Positions 41,122 through 51,365 of a stretch of 64,000 nucleotides of DNA are shown here, one piece after another; position 1 is the first letter of the stretch; each line of letters starts with the position of its first letter. The translations under genes were made by a program, and so were the position numbers. The notes under the pieces are model-generated. The model saw only the letters and a program-made list of their open reading frames with translations. It was not told the origin of the DNA and did no database searches. The DNA comes from Candidatus Moraniibacteriota bacterium (lineage in GTDB: Bacteria > Patescibacteriota > Minisyncoccia > Moranbacterales > UBA1568). The stretch lies in NCBI GenBank assembly GCA_028688415.1, contig JAQTYF010000001.1, positions 144,627-208,626 on the forward strand, in the 5' to 3' direction.

Positions 41122-42237
41122 ATGGATATCCAAATTGCTCAAGTGCAGAATATTCCGATGGTGATCAATGTGCTCAAAGTTCTTTTTACCGGATTTTTAG
41201 CATTTCTTTTGGCATTTTTTCTCACACCGATCTGGACACATATCCTCTATAAATATAAAATTGGTATCAAAATAAAATCGAAATCAGTCGACGGGGAAAC
41301 ATTGACATTTGTCGGTAAACTCCATGCCAAAAAACAGGGGACACCAACCATGGGTGGAGTGATTATTTGGGTAACGGTATTGATGTTGGCGTATCTTTCG
41401 CATTATCTGTTTCCACTTATTGCAGAATGGCTCGGTATCAATTTCATCGCTCGATTGGATTTTCTCAGTCATTCACAGGTATGGTTGCCTCTTTTTGTAC
41501 TGGTAACTGCTGGTATACTCGGATTGTTTGATGATTATATGAGTATCCGTGGATGTGGCACAAACAAGGGTGGAGGAATGCGATTTGCTTTACGTTTTTG
41601 GTGGCTTTTCACTATTGCAGGCATAGGTGCTTGGTGGTTTTATTCCAAACTCGGATGGGATGAGATACATATCCCTGCTCTGGGTGATTTTTCGATGGGG
41701 CTTTGGTATATCCCACTTTTTATCTTTGTCATTCTTTTTTCGGCTATTTCATCCAATGAAACAGATGGTCTCGATGGTCTGAATGGAGGAGTGCTCCTTA
41801 TCGCTTTCAGTTCTTTCACGCTCATTGCTTTTATGCAAAACAGTTTGGACCTCGCATCTTTTTGTGCAGCCCTCTCAGGAGCCCTCCTTGCTTTTTTGTG
41901 GTTCAATATTCCTCCCGCGAGATTTTTTATGGGTGATACTGGTGCTATTTCACTCGGTACGACACTCGGCGTCGTAGCGATGCTCACGAATTCGTCTTTG
42001 ATTCTTTTCTTTATTGTTTTTATCTATATCTTGGAATCAGGAAGTGCTGCTCTCCAACTGTTGAGTAAACGATTTTTGAAACGAAAAATATTTTTGTCAG
42101 CACCGCTCCATCATCATTTTGAAGCCAAAGGTTGGGAAGAACCAAAAATAGTGATGCGAGCATGGATATTTACTGCACTCACGGCGCTTATTGGTCTCAT
42201 GATCGGTATTCTCGGCATGGGAAAAATACATTTGTAA
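41122..42237 (+). CDS. mraY: Phospho-MurNAc-pentapeptide transferase
   Basis: GTPTMGG, TDGLDGL, FMGDTG and APLHHHFE motifs. Confidence 0.96.
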   Translation: MDIQIAQVQNIPMVINVLKVLFTGFLAFLLAFFLTPIWTHILYKYKIGIKIKSKSVDGETLTFVGKLHAKKQGTPTMGGVIIWVTVLMLAYLSHYLFPLIAEWLGINFIARLDFLSHSQVWLPLFVLVTAGILGLFDDYMSIRGCGTNKGGGMRFALRFWWLFTIAGIGAWWFYSKLGWDEIHIPALGDFSMGLWYIPLFIFVILFSAISSNETDGLDGLNGGVLLIAFSSFTLIAFMQNSLDLASFCAALSGALLAFLWFNIPPARFFMGDTGAISLGTTLGVVAMLTNSSLILFFIVFIYILESGSAALQLLSKRFLKRKIFLSAPLHHHFEAKGWEEPKIVMRAWIFTALTALIGLMIGILGMGKIHL

Positions 42238-42258
42238 ATCACTAAGAGGAAATGATAT

Positions 42259-43311
42259 ATGATTTTAAAAAGTATCGAAGAAGCATCGCTGGAGAACGCT
42301 CGAGTGCTCGTACGAGTGGATTTTAATGTCGAATTCAAGAACGTGTCTGAAGTGGCAGAACATTTCCGTTTTGATATCGTGAAAAAAACCATTGATTTTC
42401 TTGCGCAATTTCCTGGTGTGAAAATAGCTTTGCTCACTCATCTGGGTCGTCCCGAAGCTCAGGATAAGATGTTTTCTACAGAACGCATCATCTCTGCTGT
42501 AGAGCAATCTCTCAAGCGTAAAGTAGTATTTGTCCCAGACTGTATCGGAGACAAGGTGTCTCAGGCTCTTGATACGTTACCATCGGATGCGGTACTCCTT
42601 TTGGAGAATGTCCGGTTCTATGCTGAGGAAGAATCCAATGATATACTCTTCACACAGAAATTGGCAGAACCATTCAGTGTCTTTGTCAATGAGGCGTTTA
42701 GTGCATGTCACCGGGAACACGCTTCTATTGTCGGTATTCCACAACTGCTTCCTGCGTATGCCGGTTTCCGACTGATCGAAGAAGTGGAAACGCTCGATCG
42801 AGTGAAATATGAACCGAAACATCCAGCTATTGCCGTGATTGGTGGTGCCAAAATAGAGACCAAGTTGCCTCTTATTCATGCATTTGAAGAAAATTACGAT
42901 GCTATTTTGGTGGGAGGGAAGATCGCCAATGAAGCTCTTGATCAGAACATCGTTTTTTCTGAAAAAGTATTGCTTCCACAAGATTTCGGCTCTCCTGATC
43001 GATTCGATATCGGACCAAAAACGATTGCATTTTTTATACAAATGATCAAATTAGCCAAGACTGTAATATGGAATGGGCCAATGGGAAAGTTTGAAGAAAA
43101 ACCATACGATATGGGAACGGACGCTATCCTCCATGCTCTTCTCGAGAGTTCCGCGTACGTCGTTATTGGAGGAGGAGAATCACTCTCTGTATTGGAGAAA
43201 GCGGATGCGATGAACAAAATCGGATTTGTTTCTTCGGGTGGCGGAGCGATGCTCGAGTTTCTCGGTGGAAACACTTTGCCAGGACTCGAAGTGCTCAAAA
43301 GCGAAGAATGA
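42259..43311 (+). CDS. pgk: Phosphoglycerate kinase, short form
   Basis: RVDFNV, HLGRP, LENVRF, WNGPMG and SSGGGA motifs. Confidence 0.96.
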   Translation: MILKSIEEASLENARVLVRVDFNVEFKNVSEVAEHFRFDIVKKTIDFLAQFPGVKIALLTHLGRPEAQDKMFSTERIISAVEQSLKRKVVFVPDCIGDKVSQALDTLPSDAVLLLENVRFYAEEESNDILFTQKLAEPFSVFVNEAFSACHREHASIVGIPQLLPAYAGFRLIEEVETLDRVKYEPKHPAIAVIGGAKIETKLPLIHAFEENYDAILVGGKIANEALDQNIVFSEKVLLPQDFGSPDRFDIGPKTIAFFIQMIKLAKTVIWNGPMGKFEEKPYDMGTDAILHALLESSAYVVIGGGESLSVLEKADAMNKIGFVSSGGGAMLEFLGGNTLPGLEVLKSEE

Positions 43312-43410
43312 GAGAGTGTGGTATAATAAACCAGAAGATGATTGTGTATCAATCAAAGAAAAGTGACTTTGAAAAAAAGAAAATATCAAAAAATAATTTT
43401 CCTGGAACGT

Positions 43411-44439
43411 ATGTTTTTCACTACTCCATCGTATAAAGTTATCTGTGTTGGTTCGACCTCCAAAGATGTTTTTTTCCCTACCGACGAAGGAATTATTATC
43501 GAAACACCGGAGGATATTCTCTCGAAAGAGAAGATTGCTTTTGAATTGGGTGGAAAAATCCGTGTCGAGAATCGTTTTGAAGCTGTCGGAGGTGTCGCTG
43601 CCAATGTCGCACACGGATTGACTCGTCTCGGGCATCGTGTCGGTTGTTATAGTAAGATAGGCAAGGACGAAACTGGAGACTGGATTTTAGATGAATTTCG
43701 GAGCGAGTCTGTACCGACCGATCTTTTGTCTATTGATGCAACCGCCAAGACAGATCTCTCTGCTATTATCGTGATGATGCAAAACGGAGAACGGACTATT
43801 TTTCATAATCGAGATGCCAATGAAAAATTGGAGATCAAAACTGAAAAACTGAAAAACACTGAATGGATTTTTGTCAGTGCTCTCAATGGTGATTGGGAGA
43901 ACAATCTCAGTATCCTCACTGATTTCAAAGAAAAGAAGGGTCTTTCTCTGGCACTCAATCCAGGTCAACACAATATCAAAAGTAACGTCTCAGCTGTTCT
44001 CAAGGCCGTAGCGGTCAGTGATGTCTTGATGCTTAACAAAGATGAAGCGATCGAACTTGTGATACAAATCAAAAAAGATATACCTCGGGAAAAACTCGAT
44101 GATGAATTTTTCCTTCTCGAAGCATTGCACCTTTTTGGCGCAAAAATTATCAGTATGACAGACGGAAAACGAGGTGCTTGGAGTTTTGATGGCACAGCGT
44201 ATTGGTTTTGTCCGATACATACGAAATCAAGCGTGGTAGATAGTACTGGATGTGGTGATGCGTTTGCATCAGGCTTCTTTGGAGCTATTCTCGAAGGACA
44301 TTCTATAGAAAAAGCCCTTTGTTATGGTACAGCGAATAGCGGAAGTGTGATTGGTGAGTATGGGGCAATCAGTGGTCTCTTGCACAAGGATATAATGGAA
44401 CAGTCTCTCGGAGATATTCTCCCAGAACGTTTAAACTAA
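43411..44439 (+). CDS. PfkB-family carbohydrate kinase
   Basis: GGVAANVA and DSTGCGDAF motifs. Confidence 0.92.
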   Translation: MFFTTPSYKVICVGSTSKDVFFPTDEGIIIETPEDILSKEKIAFELGGKIRVENRFEAVGGVAANVAHGLTRLGHRVGCYSKIGKDETGDWILDEFRSESVPTDLLSIDATAKTDLSAIIVMMQNGERTIFHNRDANEKLEIKTEKLKNTEWIFVSALNGDWENNLSILTDFKEKKGLSLALNPGQHNIKSNVSAVLKAVAVSDVLMLNKDEAIELVIQIKKDIPREKLDDEFFLLEALHLFGAKIISMTDGKRGAWSFDGTAYWFCPIHTKSSVVDSTGCGDAFASGFFGAILEGHSIEKALCYGTANSGSVIGEYGAISGLLHKDIMEQSLGDILPERLN

Positions 44440-44457
44440 AAGCATCATTTATACAGT

Positions 44458-45729
44458 ATGGGTATTTTTTCGAAACTTCCATGGGGCGGTGATTCAGATC
44501 TTTTTCTGGCACTGGATATAGGGACAGAAGTGGTAAAAGCCCTTATTTTTCGTATTGATAAACAAAAAAATCAGGGTATTATTATTGGGGTTGGTAGAGC
44601 ACCTCAGAAAATCGGTAATATGCAAAGTGGTGCAGTATCGGATATTAGTCGCGTGATCGAGTCTTGTCGAGAGGCTATTGTTCTTGCCAAGGAGCAGGCT
44701 CATATCAAACATATCAAAAAAAGCATCATCGGTATCGCAGGAGAACTCGTGAAAGGCACAACAACGACGGTACATTATGAACGAGTCAATCCTGAAATGC
44801 ATATCGGTGTTGCGGAATTGAAAACAATTATTCAGAAAGTACAGGATAAAGCATATCAGCGTATCAAAAAACAATTGGAATGGGAAACGGGACAAAGTGA
44901 TATCGATGTCAAACTCATCAACGCAGCTATAGTCGATGTGCGCATCGATGGATACCATATTGCTACCCCTGTGAATTTTCAGGGAAGAGATGTTTCTATG
45001 AGTGTATTCAATGCTTACGCACCAATGATTCATCTCGGAGCTATCGAGACTATTGCGGACGAACTTGATCTCGATCTTCTTTCGGTTGCTGCTGAACCGT
45101 ATGCTGTAGCACGTTCTGTCGAAGTGAAAGACATGATGGATTTCAACGCAATCTTTATTGATATCGGTGGTGGTACAACGGATATTGCCGTTGTCCGTAA
45201 TGGTGGATTGGAGGGAACAAAGATGTTTGCTCTTGGTGGACGAGCTTTCACGAAACATCTGGCCCAAGAGTTCAATCTGAGTTTTGAGGTTGCAGAAAAA
45301 ATGAAAATTGATTATACCAATGGACAAATACGGAAAGAAGATGCCGAGCGCCTTTCACTTTTGTTCGCCGATGACTGTCGTGTGTGGCTTGGTGGTGTAG
45401 AGTTATCACTCCTCGAATTTGCAGAAACAGATATCTTGCCATCGCGTATATTTCTTTGTGGTGGTGGATCGGCTTTGCCAGGAATTCAGAAGGCGTTACT
45501 CTCTCCAGATTGGTGGAAACAAAGTCTCCCATTTGCCAAACAGCCCCAAGTCGGATTTTTGCAACCGCGTGACATTGTGCACATTGTTGATGCAACCGGC
45601 GAATTGAACAATCCGCAAGACATCACTCCTATCGGATTGGCCAATCTCGCTCTCCTCAGTCATTTGGATGAAGAGAAAATGCTCTCCAGTATTTTACAGA
45701 GAAGTGTCGAAACTATAGAGAGACGATAA
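44458..45729 (+). CDS. FtsA-like actin-fold ATPase
   Basis: LDIGTEVVK, AEPYA, DIGGGTTD and CGGGS motifs. Confidence 0.85.
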   Translation: MGIFSKLPWGGDSDLFLALDIGTEVVKALIFRIDKQKNQGIIIGVGRAPQKIGNMQSGAVSDISRVIESCREAIVLAKEQAHIKHIKKSIIGIAGELVKGTTTTVHYERVNPEMHIGVAELKTIIQKVQDKAYQRIKKQLEWETGQSDIDVKLINAAIVDVRIDGYHIATPVNFQGRDVSMSVFNAYAPMIHLGAIETIADELDLDLLSVAAEPYAVARSVEVKDMMDFNAIFIDIGGGTTDIAVVRNGGLEGTKMFALGGRAFTKHLAQEFNLSFEVAEKMKIDYTNGQIRKEDAERLSLLFADDCRVWLGGVELSLLEFAETDILPSRIFLCGGGSALPGIQKALLSPDWWKQSLPFAKQPQVGFLQPRDIVHIVDATGELNNPQDITPIGLANLALLSHLDEEKMLSSILQRSVETIERR

Positions 45730-45772
45730 ATCACAATACGTTCGATTTTTTACACACATTTTATTATTGCTT

Positions 45773-47734
45773 ATGGCACAAACTTTTTATATCGAGTCAG
45801 ACGAAGAAATTATTTCCGTGATCAGTCACTTACGGAAGTCTCTCGATGAAGAGAATATTTTTGTGTTTCCCAAACGTGCACTCGTACTACAAAGTATCAT
45901 CAATTTGCGTCTTTTGGAACGAGAAGCGATAAAATGCAATAAAAAAATTATCATTGTGACACAAGATGAAGCAGGGAAGATGCTTGCTGAGAAGGCGGGT
46001 ATCGAGACACAAGACTATCTGGAAGAGTCTCTGAAAAAAGAGACGCATATCGAGTTTTCATCGCGTAATTCTGAAGCAGCCGATATTTCCAGAGAACAAT
46101 ATGGTACATCATTCTCTGATGACGAAGAAGAATCTCATTCTCTTATTTCTGCTGATACCATAGGAAGTACTGCATTTAATATGAAAAAAGAACCGAACCT
46201 TGCTTCAAAAAATATTGCCGTTGCACCATTTTCTTCTTTTGCTTCCAATACTTCATCTCCTGTAGAGAAGAAAATATCTATACGCAACGCTTCCCCAGAG
46301 AAATTGACTTCCCTCAACTCAAAGCGTACAGATATGAGTGCTCCGAGAGTCTCTGTCCGTCCTACTTTACTGCAACCAATGCGTACCGCTCTTGTCGACA
46401 ATACAAAAAAACCACTCTCACCGACTATGAGAACAACACAAGAGGAACAATTTCCTGCTCAGACACGAGAATATGGTGAACGATTGAAAAATTTTTATAC
46501 ACATACGGATACGAATCCACAGCCACAAAGAAAACAAGATACAAAGGAAAAAATACAATCTGCTACCGTCAATAAAAACGCCCGCGTTTTCTTTTTCGCG
46601 TTAGGAGGTATCTCCCTTCTTTCTGTCGTTTTTGTTGGCCTCTTCTTTCTTTTTCCGAAAGCGGATGTTCATGTGACGCCATTCAAAGATCTCCAATCTT
46701 TTGAGAAAGAATTCAACGGCAAGCTGGGTGATGATGCTCGTAATGACATAGCAATTCGTATGATCGAGAATGAGCAAGAAGTATCAGTGACCGTTGCGAC
46801 GACTGGAAAATCAGGAGGAACAGACCAGAAGTCTCATGGCACAGTCACTCTCTATAATGCTTTCAGTACAGAGCCACAATCTCTTGTTGCTACGACGAGA
46901 CTGGAAACTCCAGATGGGAAAATATTTCGATTGGAGAGTGGCATCACCCTTCCAGGGATGAAAGAAATAGATGGAAAACAAGTGCCAGGAGAAATAACCG
47001 TAGAGGTGACCGCTGATCGGGCCGGTGAAGAATATAATATTGAAGCCTCTCGTTTTTCCGTTCCTGGTTTCAAAGGAAGTCCAAAATATGAGAAATTTTC
47101 TGCTCAGTCTTCCAAAGCAATGACGGGAGGTGGAAAAAGTGGTATTTCTGATGTCTCTGTCGTGACCAAACTCGATCAGGATACTGCTTTGCGTGAGGCA
47201 AGTACGAAAGCGAAAGAAATGTTTTTAAATGACACCCGTGGAGAAATCGATGCTTCAGAAAAGATACTCCAAGAACAGATTGAGACAACTCCAACATTCA
47301 CCCCCGTATTTCCTTCTGTCGGCACGGTCGCAAATATGATCGAATACAAAGGGGTTTTCAAAGTGAAAGCTATCGTATTTTCAGAAAAGACTGTACAGCA
47401 AAAAATAGAGGATATAGTCGTACAAAATAATGAAAACGTGAAATATCGAGTCGCATCATCCAATATCACGTATGATGACTCTCTTGTGGACTTTACCATT
47501 GGGACAGTGCGTATCAAAGCGAGTGCTCGTGTGACCAAAGAATCGGTTATTGATATCGAGAAATTGCGTTCGATGCTTGCTGGCAAAGATATGCCAAGTA
47601 TCGAACAGTCACTGAAAGATTTTCCTGAACTGAAGAGTATTCGCATCACGTTTTATCCGAAATGGTTTGTCAGTCACATACCAAAATCTGAAGAAAAAAT
47701 ATCCCTTACTGTCGATCCAGCAGAAAATCGGTAG
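45773..47734 (+). CDS. Conserved-looking membrane protein, possibly with a baseplate-J-like C-terminal region
   Basis: DEEIISVI N-terminal domain, disordered linker, TM, G.VTLYN...LVATTRL...YNI; follows the FtsA-like gene. Confidence 0.6.
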   Translation: MAQTFYIESDEEIISVISHLRKSLDEENIFVFPKRALVLQSIINLRLLEREAIKCNKKIIIVTQDEAGKMLAEKAGIETQDYLEESLKKETHIEFSSRNSEAADISREQYGTSFSDDEEESHSLISADTIGSTAFNMKKEPNLASKNIAVAPFSSFASNTSSPVEKKISIRNASPEKLTSLNSKRTDMSAPRVSVRPTLLQPMRTALVDNTKKPLSPTMRTTQEEQFPAQTREYGERLKNFYTHTDTNPQPQRKQDTKEKIQSATVNKNARVFFFALGGISLLSVVFVGLFFLFPKADVHVTPFKDLQSFEKEFNGKLGDDARNDIAIRMIENEQEVSVTVATTGKSGGTDQKSHGTVTLYNAFSTEPQSLVATTRLETPDGKIFRLESGITLPGMKEIDGKQVPGEITVEVTADRAGEEYNIEASRFSVPGFKGSPKYEKFSAQSSKAMTGGGKSGISDVSVVTKLDQDTALREASTKAKEMFLNDTRGEIDASEKILQEQIETTPTFTPVFPSVGTVANMIEYKGVFKVKAIVFSEKTVQQKIEDIVVQNNENVKYRVASSNITYDDSLVDFTIGTVRIKASARVTKESVIDIEKLRSMLAGKDMPSIEQSLKDFPELKSIRITFYPKWFVSHIPKSEEKISLTVDPAENR

Positions 47735-47787
47735 ACTTGTCGGAAAGAAACATTTTTGTTAGAATACTTTTTTGATGAAGATACCCT

Positions 47788-48057
47788 ATGTCCAATGATA
47801 TAATGGCAGATAAATCCGATCGAGTACGAGCAGTGCGTGAAGCTCAGTTTAATCTTTTTGATCTGCAATCCAGCGAGAAGAAATTTGAACGATCATGTGC
47901 TGATTTGGAACAAGAAATACACAGAATAGAGATTCAGATGTCTCGACTCAAAGCAGAGCTCGAACACAAGCAGTCTCTTCTTAAATCAGCGAAACAGAAA
48001 CTGCAGTCAGCCCAAGAAGCATCGGCGCAAGCGAAGAAAAAAATGAATAGTTTGTAA
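47788..48057 (+). CDS. Small coiled-coil hypothetical protein
   Basis: Heptad-rich sequence with many E, K, Q and L. Confidence 0.6.
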   Translation: MSNDIMADKSDRVRAVREAQFNLFDLQSSEKKFERSCADLEQEIHRIEIQMSRLKAELEHKQSLLKSAKQKLQSAQEASAQAKKKMNSL

Positions 48058-48098
48058 CTGAGAGTATCAGAGAAATACCGTAATCAGAAAAAAAGGCT

Positions 48099-49982
48099 AT
48101 GAAAGATATCCGTACAATTTATTTGGAATTTTTTGAATCGAAAAACCATAAACAAGTTCCTTCGTCACCACTCGTTCCAGAGAACGATCCGACGACACTT
48201 TTCACGGGTTCTGGTATGCAACCGATTCTCCCATATCTCCTCGGAGCAAAGCATCCGATGGGTTCTCGTATTACTGATGCTCAAAAATGTTTTCGTGCTC
48301 AGGATATTGAAGAAGCGGGGGATAATCGTCACACGACTTTTTTTGAAATGCTCGGAAATTGGTCATTTGGTGATCCGACTGCAACCGATGCTATTGGTGA
48401 ACAGGGTTATTTCAAACAGGAGCAGATTACCTGGATGTGGCAATTTCTGACAGAAGGCATTGGTCTCGATCCGAAAAATCTCTACTTTACATGTTTTCGA
48501 GGAAACGAAGATCTCAATATTCCCAGGGATATAGAATCGGCTCTCCTCTGGCAGAAACTCTTTCGAGAAAAGGGTATTGAGGCAATGATAGGGGAAGATC
48601 CGGAAAAAAACGGAATACGAACAGGTGAAAAAATATTTTATTATTCTGAAAAGAAAAACTGGTGGAGTCGTGCGGGTGTACCAGGAAATATGCCGGTCGG
48701 TGAACCAGGAGGACCAGACACGGAAATGTTCTGGGATTTTGGTGAATCACAAGGGCTCCACGAACAATCCATTTGGAAAGATGAACCGTGTCATGTGAAT
48801 TGCGATTGTGGTCGATTTATGGAAATCGGCAACAATGTGTTTATGGAGTACAAAAAAACGACGACTGGTTTCGAAAAACTCGCTCAGAAAAATGTCGATT
48901 TTGGTGGAGGTCTCGAACGGCTTGTCGCAGCGCAGGGGAATAATCCAGATATGTTTCTCGGATATATCTTTGATACGCTTCGTCAGACTATCGAAGAACT
49001 TTCTTCGAAGAAATATGGTGAAAATAAAGAATACACGTATGCTTTCCGCGTCGTGATGGATCATATTCGTGCTTCGATATTTCTCATTGCAGACGGAGTA
49101 GTGCCCTCCAACACTGATCAGGGATATGTTCTTCGCAGACTCTTGCGACGAGCGGTGCGGTATGCTGATATACTCGGAATTTCTCCTCAATCACTGTCAC
49201 GATGTGTCCCGGCTATTATCAAAGAATATGCACAAGCATATGGATATCTGGAAGAGAAGAAAGGGTATATTGTTACCATCATAGATGGAGAAGAATCAAA
49301 ATTTCGAGAAACGCTGACACGTGGTATGAGAGAGCTCGAAAAACGTCTCGAAAAAAAGAGTCTGACAGGAAAAGATGCTTTTGAACTTTTTTCAACATAC
49401 GGATTCCCTCTCGAAATGACAGAAGAAATGGTGAATGAAAAAGGTGTGACTCTTAATCGAGAAGAATTCAAAAAAGAATTTACGAAACATCAAGAACTCT
49501 CACGTTCTGCAAGTGCCGGGAAGTTCAAGGGTGGACTTGCCGATCACAGTGAAATGTCAGTGAAATACCATACGGCGACACATCTCCTTCAGCAAGCATT
49601 GAGAACTGTCCTCGGCAATCATGTTACTCAGAAAGGAAGCAATATTACATCAGAACGTATGCGATTCGACTTTTCTCATCCTGAAAAAATGACTGATGAA
49701 CAAAAAAAAGAAGTGGAGAATATTGTGAATGAAAAAATCGCCGAGAAACTTCTAGTGAGTTATGAAGATTTGCCAAAAGAAGAGGCAGAAAAACTCGGTG
49801 CCATCGGACTTTTTGAGGAGAAATATGGTGATAAAGTGCGTGTGTATAAAATAGGAGCATTCAGTCTTGAGTTTTGTGGTGGCCCTCACGTAGCCAATAC
49901 GGGTGATTTGGGGCATTTCAAGATTATGAAAGAAGAGGCTTGCTCAGCTGGAGTACGTCGTATCAAAGCCATTCTTGAATAA
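48099..49982 (+). CDS. alaS: Alanine--tRNA ligase, short form without C-Ala
   Basis: LFT.SGMQP, HTTFFEMLGNWSFG, HTATHLL, CGGPH and GVRRI motifs. Confidence 0.97.
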   Translation: MKDIRTIYLEFFESKNHKQVPSSPLVPENDPTTLFTGSGMQPILPYLLGAKHPMGSRITDAQKCFRAQDIEEAGDNRHTTFFEMLGNWSFGDPTATDAIGEQGYFKQEQITWMWQFLTEGIGLDPKNLYFTCFRGNEDLNIPRDIESALLWQKLFREKGIEAMIGEDPEKNGIRTGEKIFYYSEKKNWWSRAGVPGNMPVGEPGGPDTEMFWDFGESQGLHEQSIWKDEPCHVNCDCGRFMEIGNNVFMEYKKTTTGFEKLAQKNVDFGGGLERLVAAQGNNPDMFLGYIFDTLRQTIEELSSKKYGENKEYTYAFRVVMDHIRASIFLIADGVVPSNTDQGYVLRRLLRRAVRYADILGISPQSLSRCVPAIIKEYAQAYGYLEEKKGYIVTIIDGEESKFRETLTRGMRELEKRLEKKSLTGKDAFELFSTYGFPLEMTEEMVNEKGVTLNREEFKKEFTKHQELSRSASAGKFKGGLADHSEMSVKYHTATHLLQQALRTVLGNHVTQKGSNITSERMRFDFSHPEKMTDEQKKEVENIVNEKIAEKLLVSYEDLPKEEAEKLGAIGLFEEKYGDKVRVYKIGAFSLEFCGGPHVANTGDLGHFKIMKEEACSAGVRRIKAILE

Positions 49983-50061
49983 GGAATATAACTTATCTGA
50001 AAAAGAAAAAACCCTACGATGCAGTTGCATAATAGGGTCTTGTTGTCTTAGGCCTTAGACC

Positions 50062-50709
50062 TTAGGCACACGAGTGAGAAAGGATACTGAACGCTTGTTG
50101 ATATCCTTTGACTCCAATCCAAACGGGGAGAAAATATTCTTTATTCCCTGTCCGACTTGTTTTCTCGAGAGCCTTTCCAGGGAGTGTCTCATAGCAATCG
50201 AAACCGCTATGCCGATATCGCTCCAATAGACGTCGCCGTATGGTGACGTAAAAGCCTGTCACTCCTCGTTCATGAAGATACGTGAGGAGATGGCCGAGGA
50301 ACTCGAGAGAATGCTTTGCAGACTCGGGAGTCCCTGTGATTCTGGAGATCTCGACGGAACCGAGTGGTACCGATTGAGAATTATCCAGGAGTTTGCTGAT
50401 GGGCAAATCGAGTGTGGGTGTGCTCCAAATGAGACGACACCCAGCACCTACTTGCCCTAGAGCATTGGCGAGGAGAACATAATCGCATCGACCGAAACGG
50501 TCGTAGCCATCCTGTTCCATGCCATCAGCACGTACTTCTTCCCACCCGTATTTGATGGCGAATTGTTCGTGTCGACGCCGGTAGTGGTCCTCTACCAAAC
50601 ATGTTTCCCGATCGGTTTTGAGACCCGATCGGATGATGAATGGTGTATAGTGTGTTGCCACTATAGAAGGACCCTCGTTTTTTTCGTTTGTTTCTTTGAA
50701 ACAATGCAT
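50062..50709 (-). CDS. LuxI-like acyl-homoserine-lactone synthase / GNAT acyltransferase (no. 2)
   Basis: RRHEQF...GW...MEQDGYD...GCRLI...VEISR; start reassigned to ATG 50709 (GGAG SD, promoter TTGACA-N17-TATGAT upstream). Confidence 0.68.
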   Translation of the reverse strand: MHCFKETNEKNEGPSIVATHYTPFIIRSGLKTDRETCLVEDHYRRRHEQFAIKYGWEEVRADGMEQDGYDRFGRCDYVLLANALGQVGAGCRLIWSTPTLDLPISKLLDNSQSVPLGSVEISRITGTPESAKHSLEFLGHLLTYLHERGVTGFYVTIRRRLLERYRHSGFDCYETLPGKALEKTSRTGNKEYFLPVWIGVKGYQQAFSILSHSCA

Positions 50710-50992
50710 GATATGACTCCAATGTAAGCTGTATGCCTTCCCCGGGTAAGGGGATACGAAAAAATATGGCTCACCGGGAGCAGTTTTGTTAAGAAACTGA
50801 CTATACATCATACTCCTTTTATAGCGTTTTGTCAATAGGACAATACAAATATAACACATTTTTTGCCTTTTATAAAGGGAAATAATACGTATGATGTACA
50901 GTACTGTTCCAATGCTGGTTGACAGTTTTCGAGGAATAGCGTATAGTGGACAAGTAAACAAATGGCTTGTTAATAGTATTTATTTTTGGCAT

Positions 50993-51301
50993 ATGCTCGC
51001 GATTATCAGAACTGGCGGAAAGCAGTACAAAGTTTCCGAAGGACAGAAAGTGAAAATTGAAAAATTGGAAAAAGAAATCGGTGATACGATTGCTTTTGAA
51101 GTATTGTTTGTTGGTGATGAGAAGTCCGTACAGGTTGGTACTCCAGTTTTGGAAAAGGCTGTTGTCGAAGGAAAAGTGATCGATCAAGATCGTCATGACA
51201 AAGTAAAAGGTATCAAACACAAGGCCAAGAAGCGTTATCTCGTACGTTTTGGTCATCGTCAACCATATACCGAAGTAGAAATTACCAAGATTACTGCATA
51301 A
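50993..51301 (+). CDS. rplU: 50S ribosomal protein L21
   Basis: AIIRTGGKQYKV...GHRQPYT; promoter TTGACA-N17-TATAGT from 50919. Confidence 0.98.
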   Translation: MLAIIRTGGKQYKVSEGQKVKIEKLEKEIGDTIAFEVLFVGDEKSVQVGTPVLEKAVVEGKVIDQDRHDKVKGIKHKAKKRYLVRFGHRQPYTEVEITKITA

Positions 51302-51322
51302 AAGTTTCTCCTATAAAATTTC

Positions 51323-51359
51323 AAAGCCCGTCTGGATGTTACCTGACGGGCTTTTTTTT
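51323..51359. terminator. Bidirectional hairpin of the aaagccc...atgtta...gggcttt family
   Basis: aaagcccgtctggatgttacctgacgggctttttttt. Confidence 0.8.
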
Positions 51360-51365
51360 GAGTTT

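Noticed and set aside
44494-45327. 277-aa antisense ORF and other long antisense ORFs (54682-55308, 55890-56489)
   Set aside because: They fully overlap well-supported genes, have no motifs, and are explained by codon bias.
45773-47734. Baseplate-J-like region as a sign of a prophage or contractile system
   Set aside because: No phage structural genes nearby; it sits in housekeeping context next to the FtsA-like gene.
50710-50961. N-terminal 84 aa of the 299-aa track ORF
   Set aside because: The region holds divergent consensus promoters and a leader; the real start is more likely ATG 50709.
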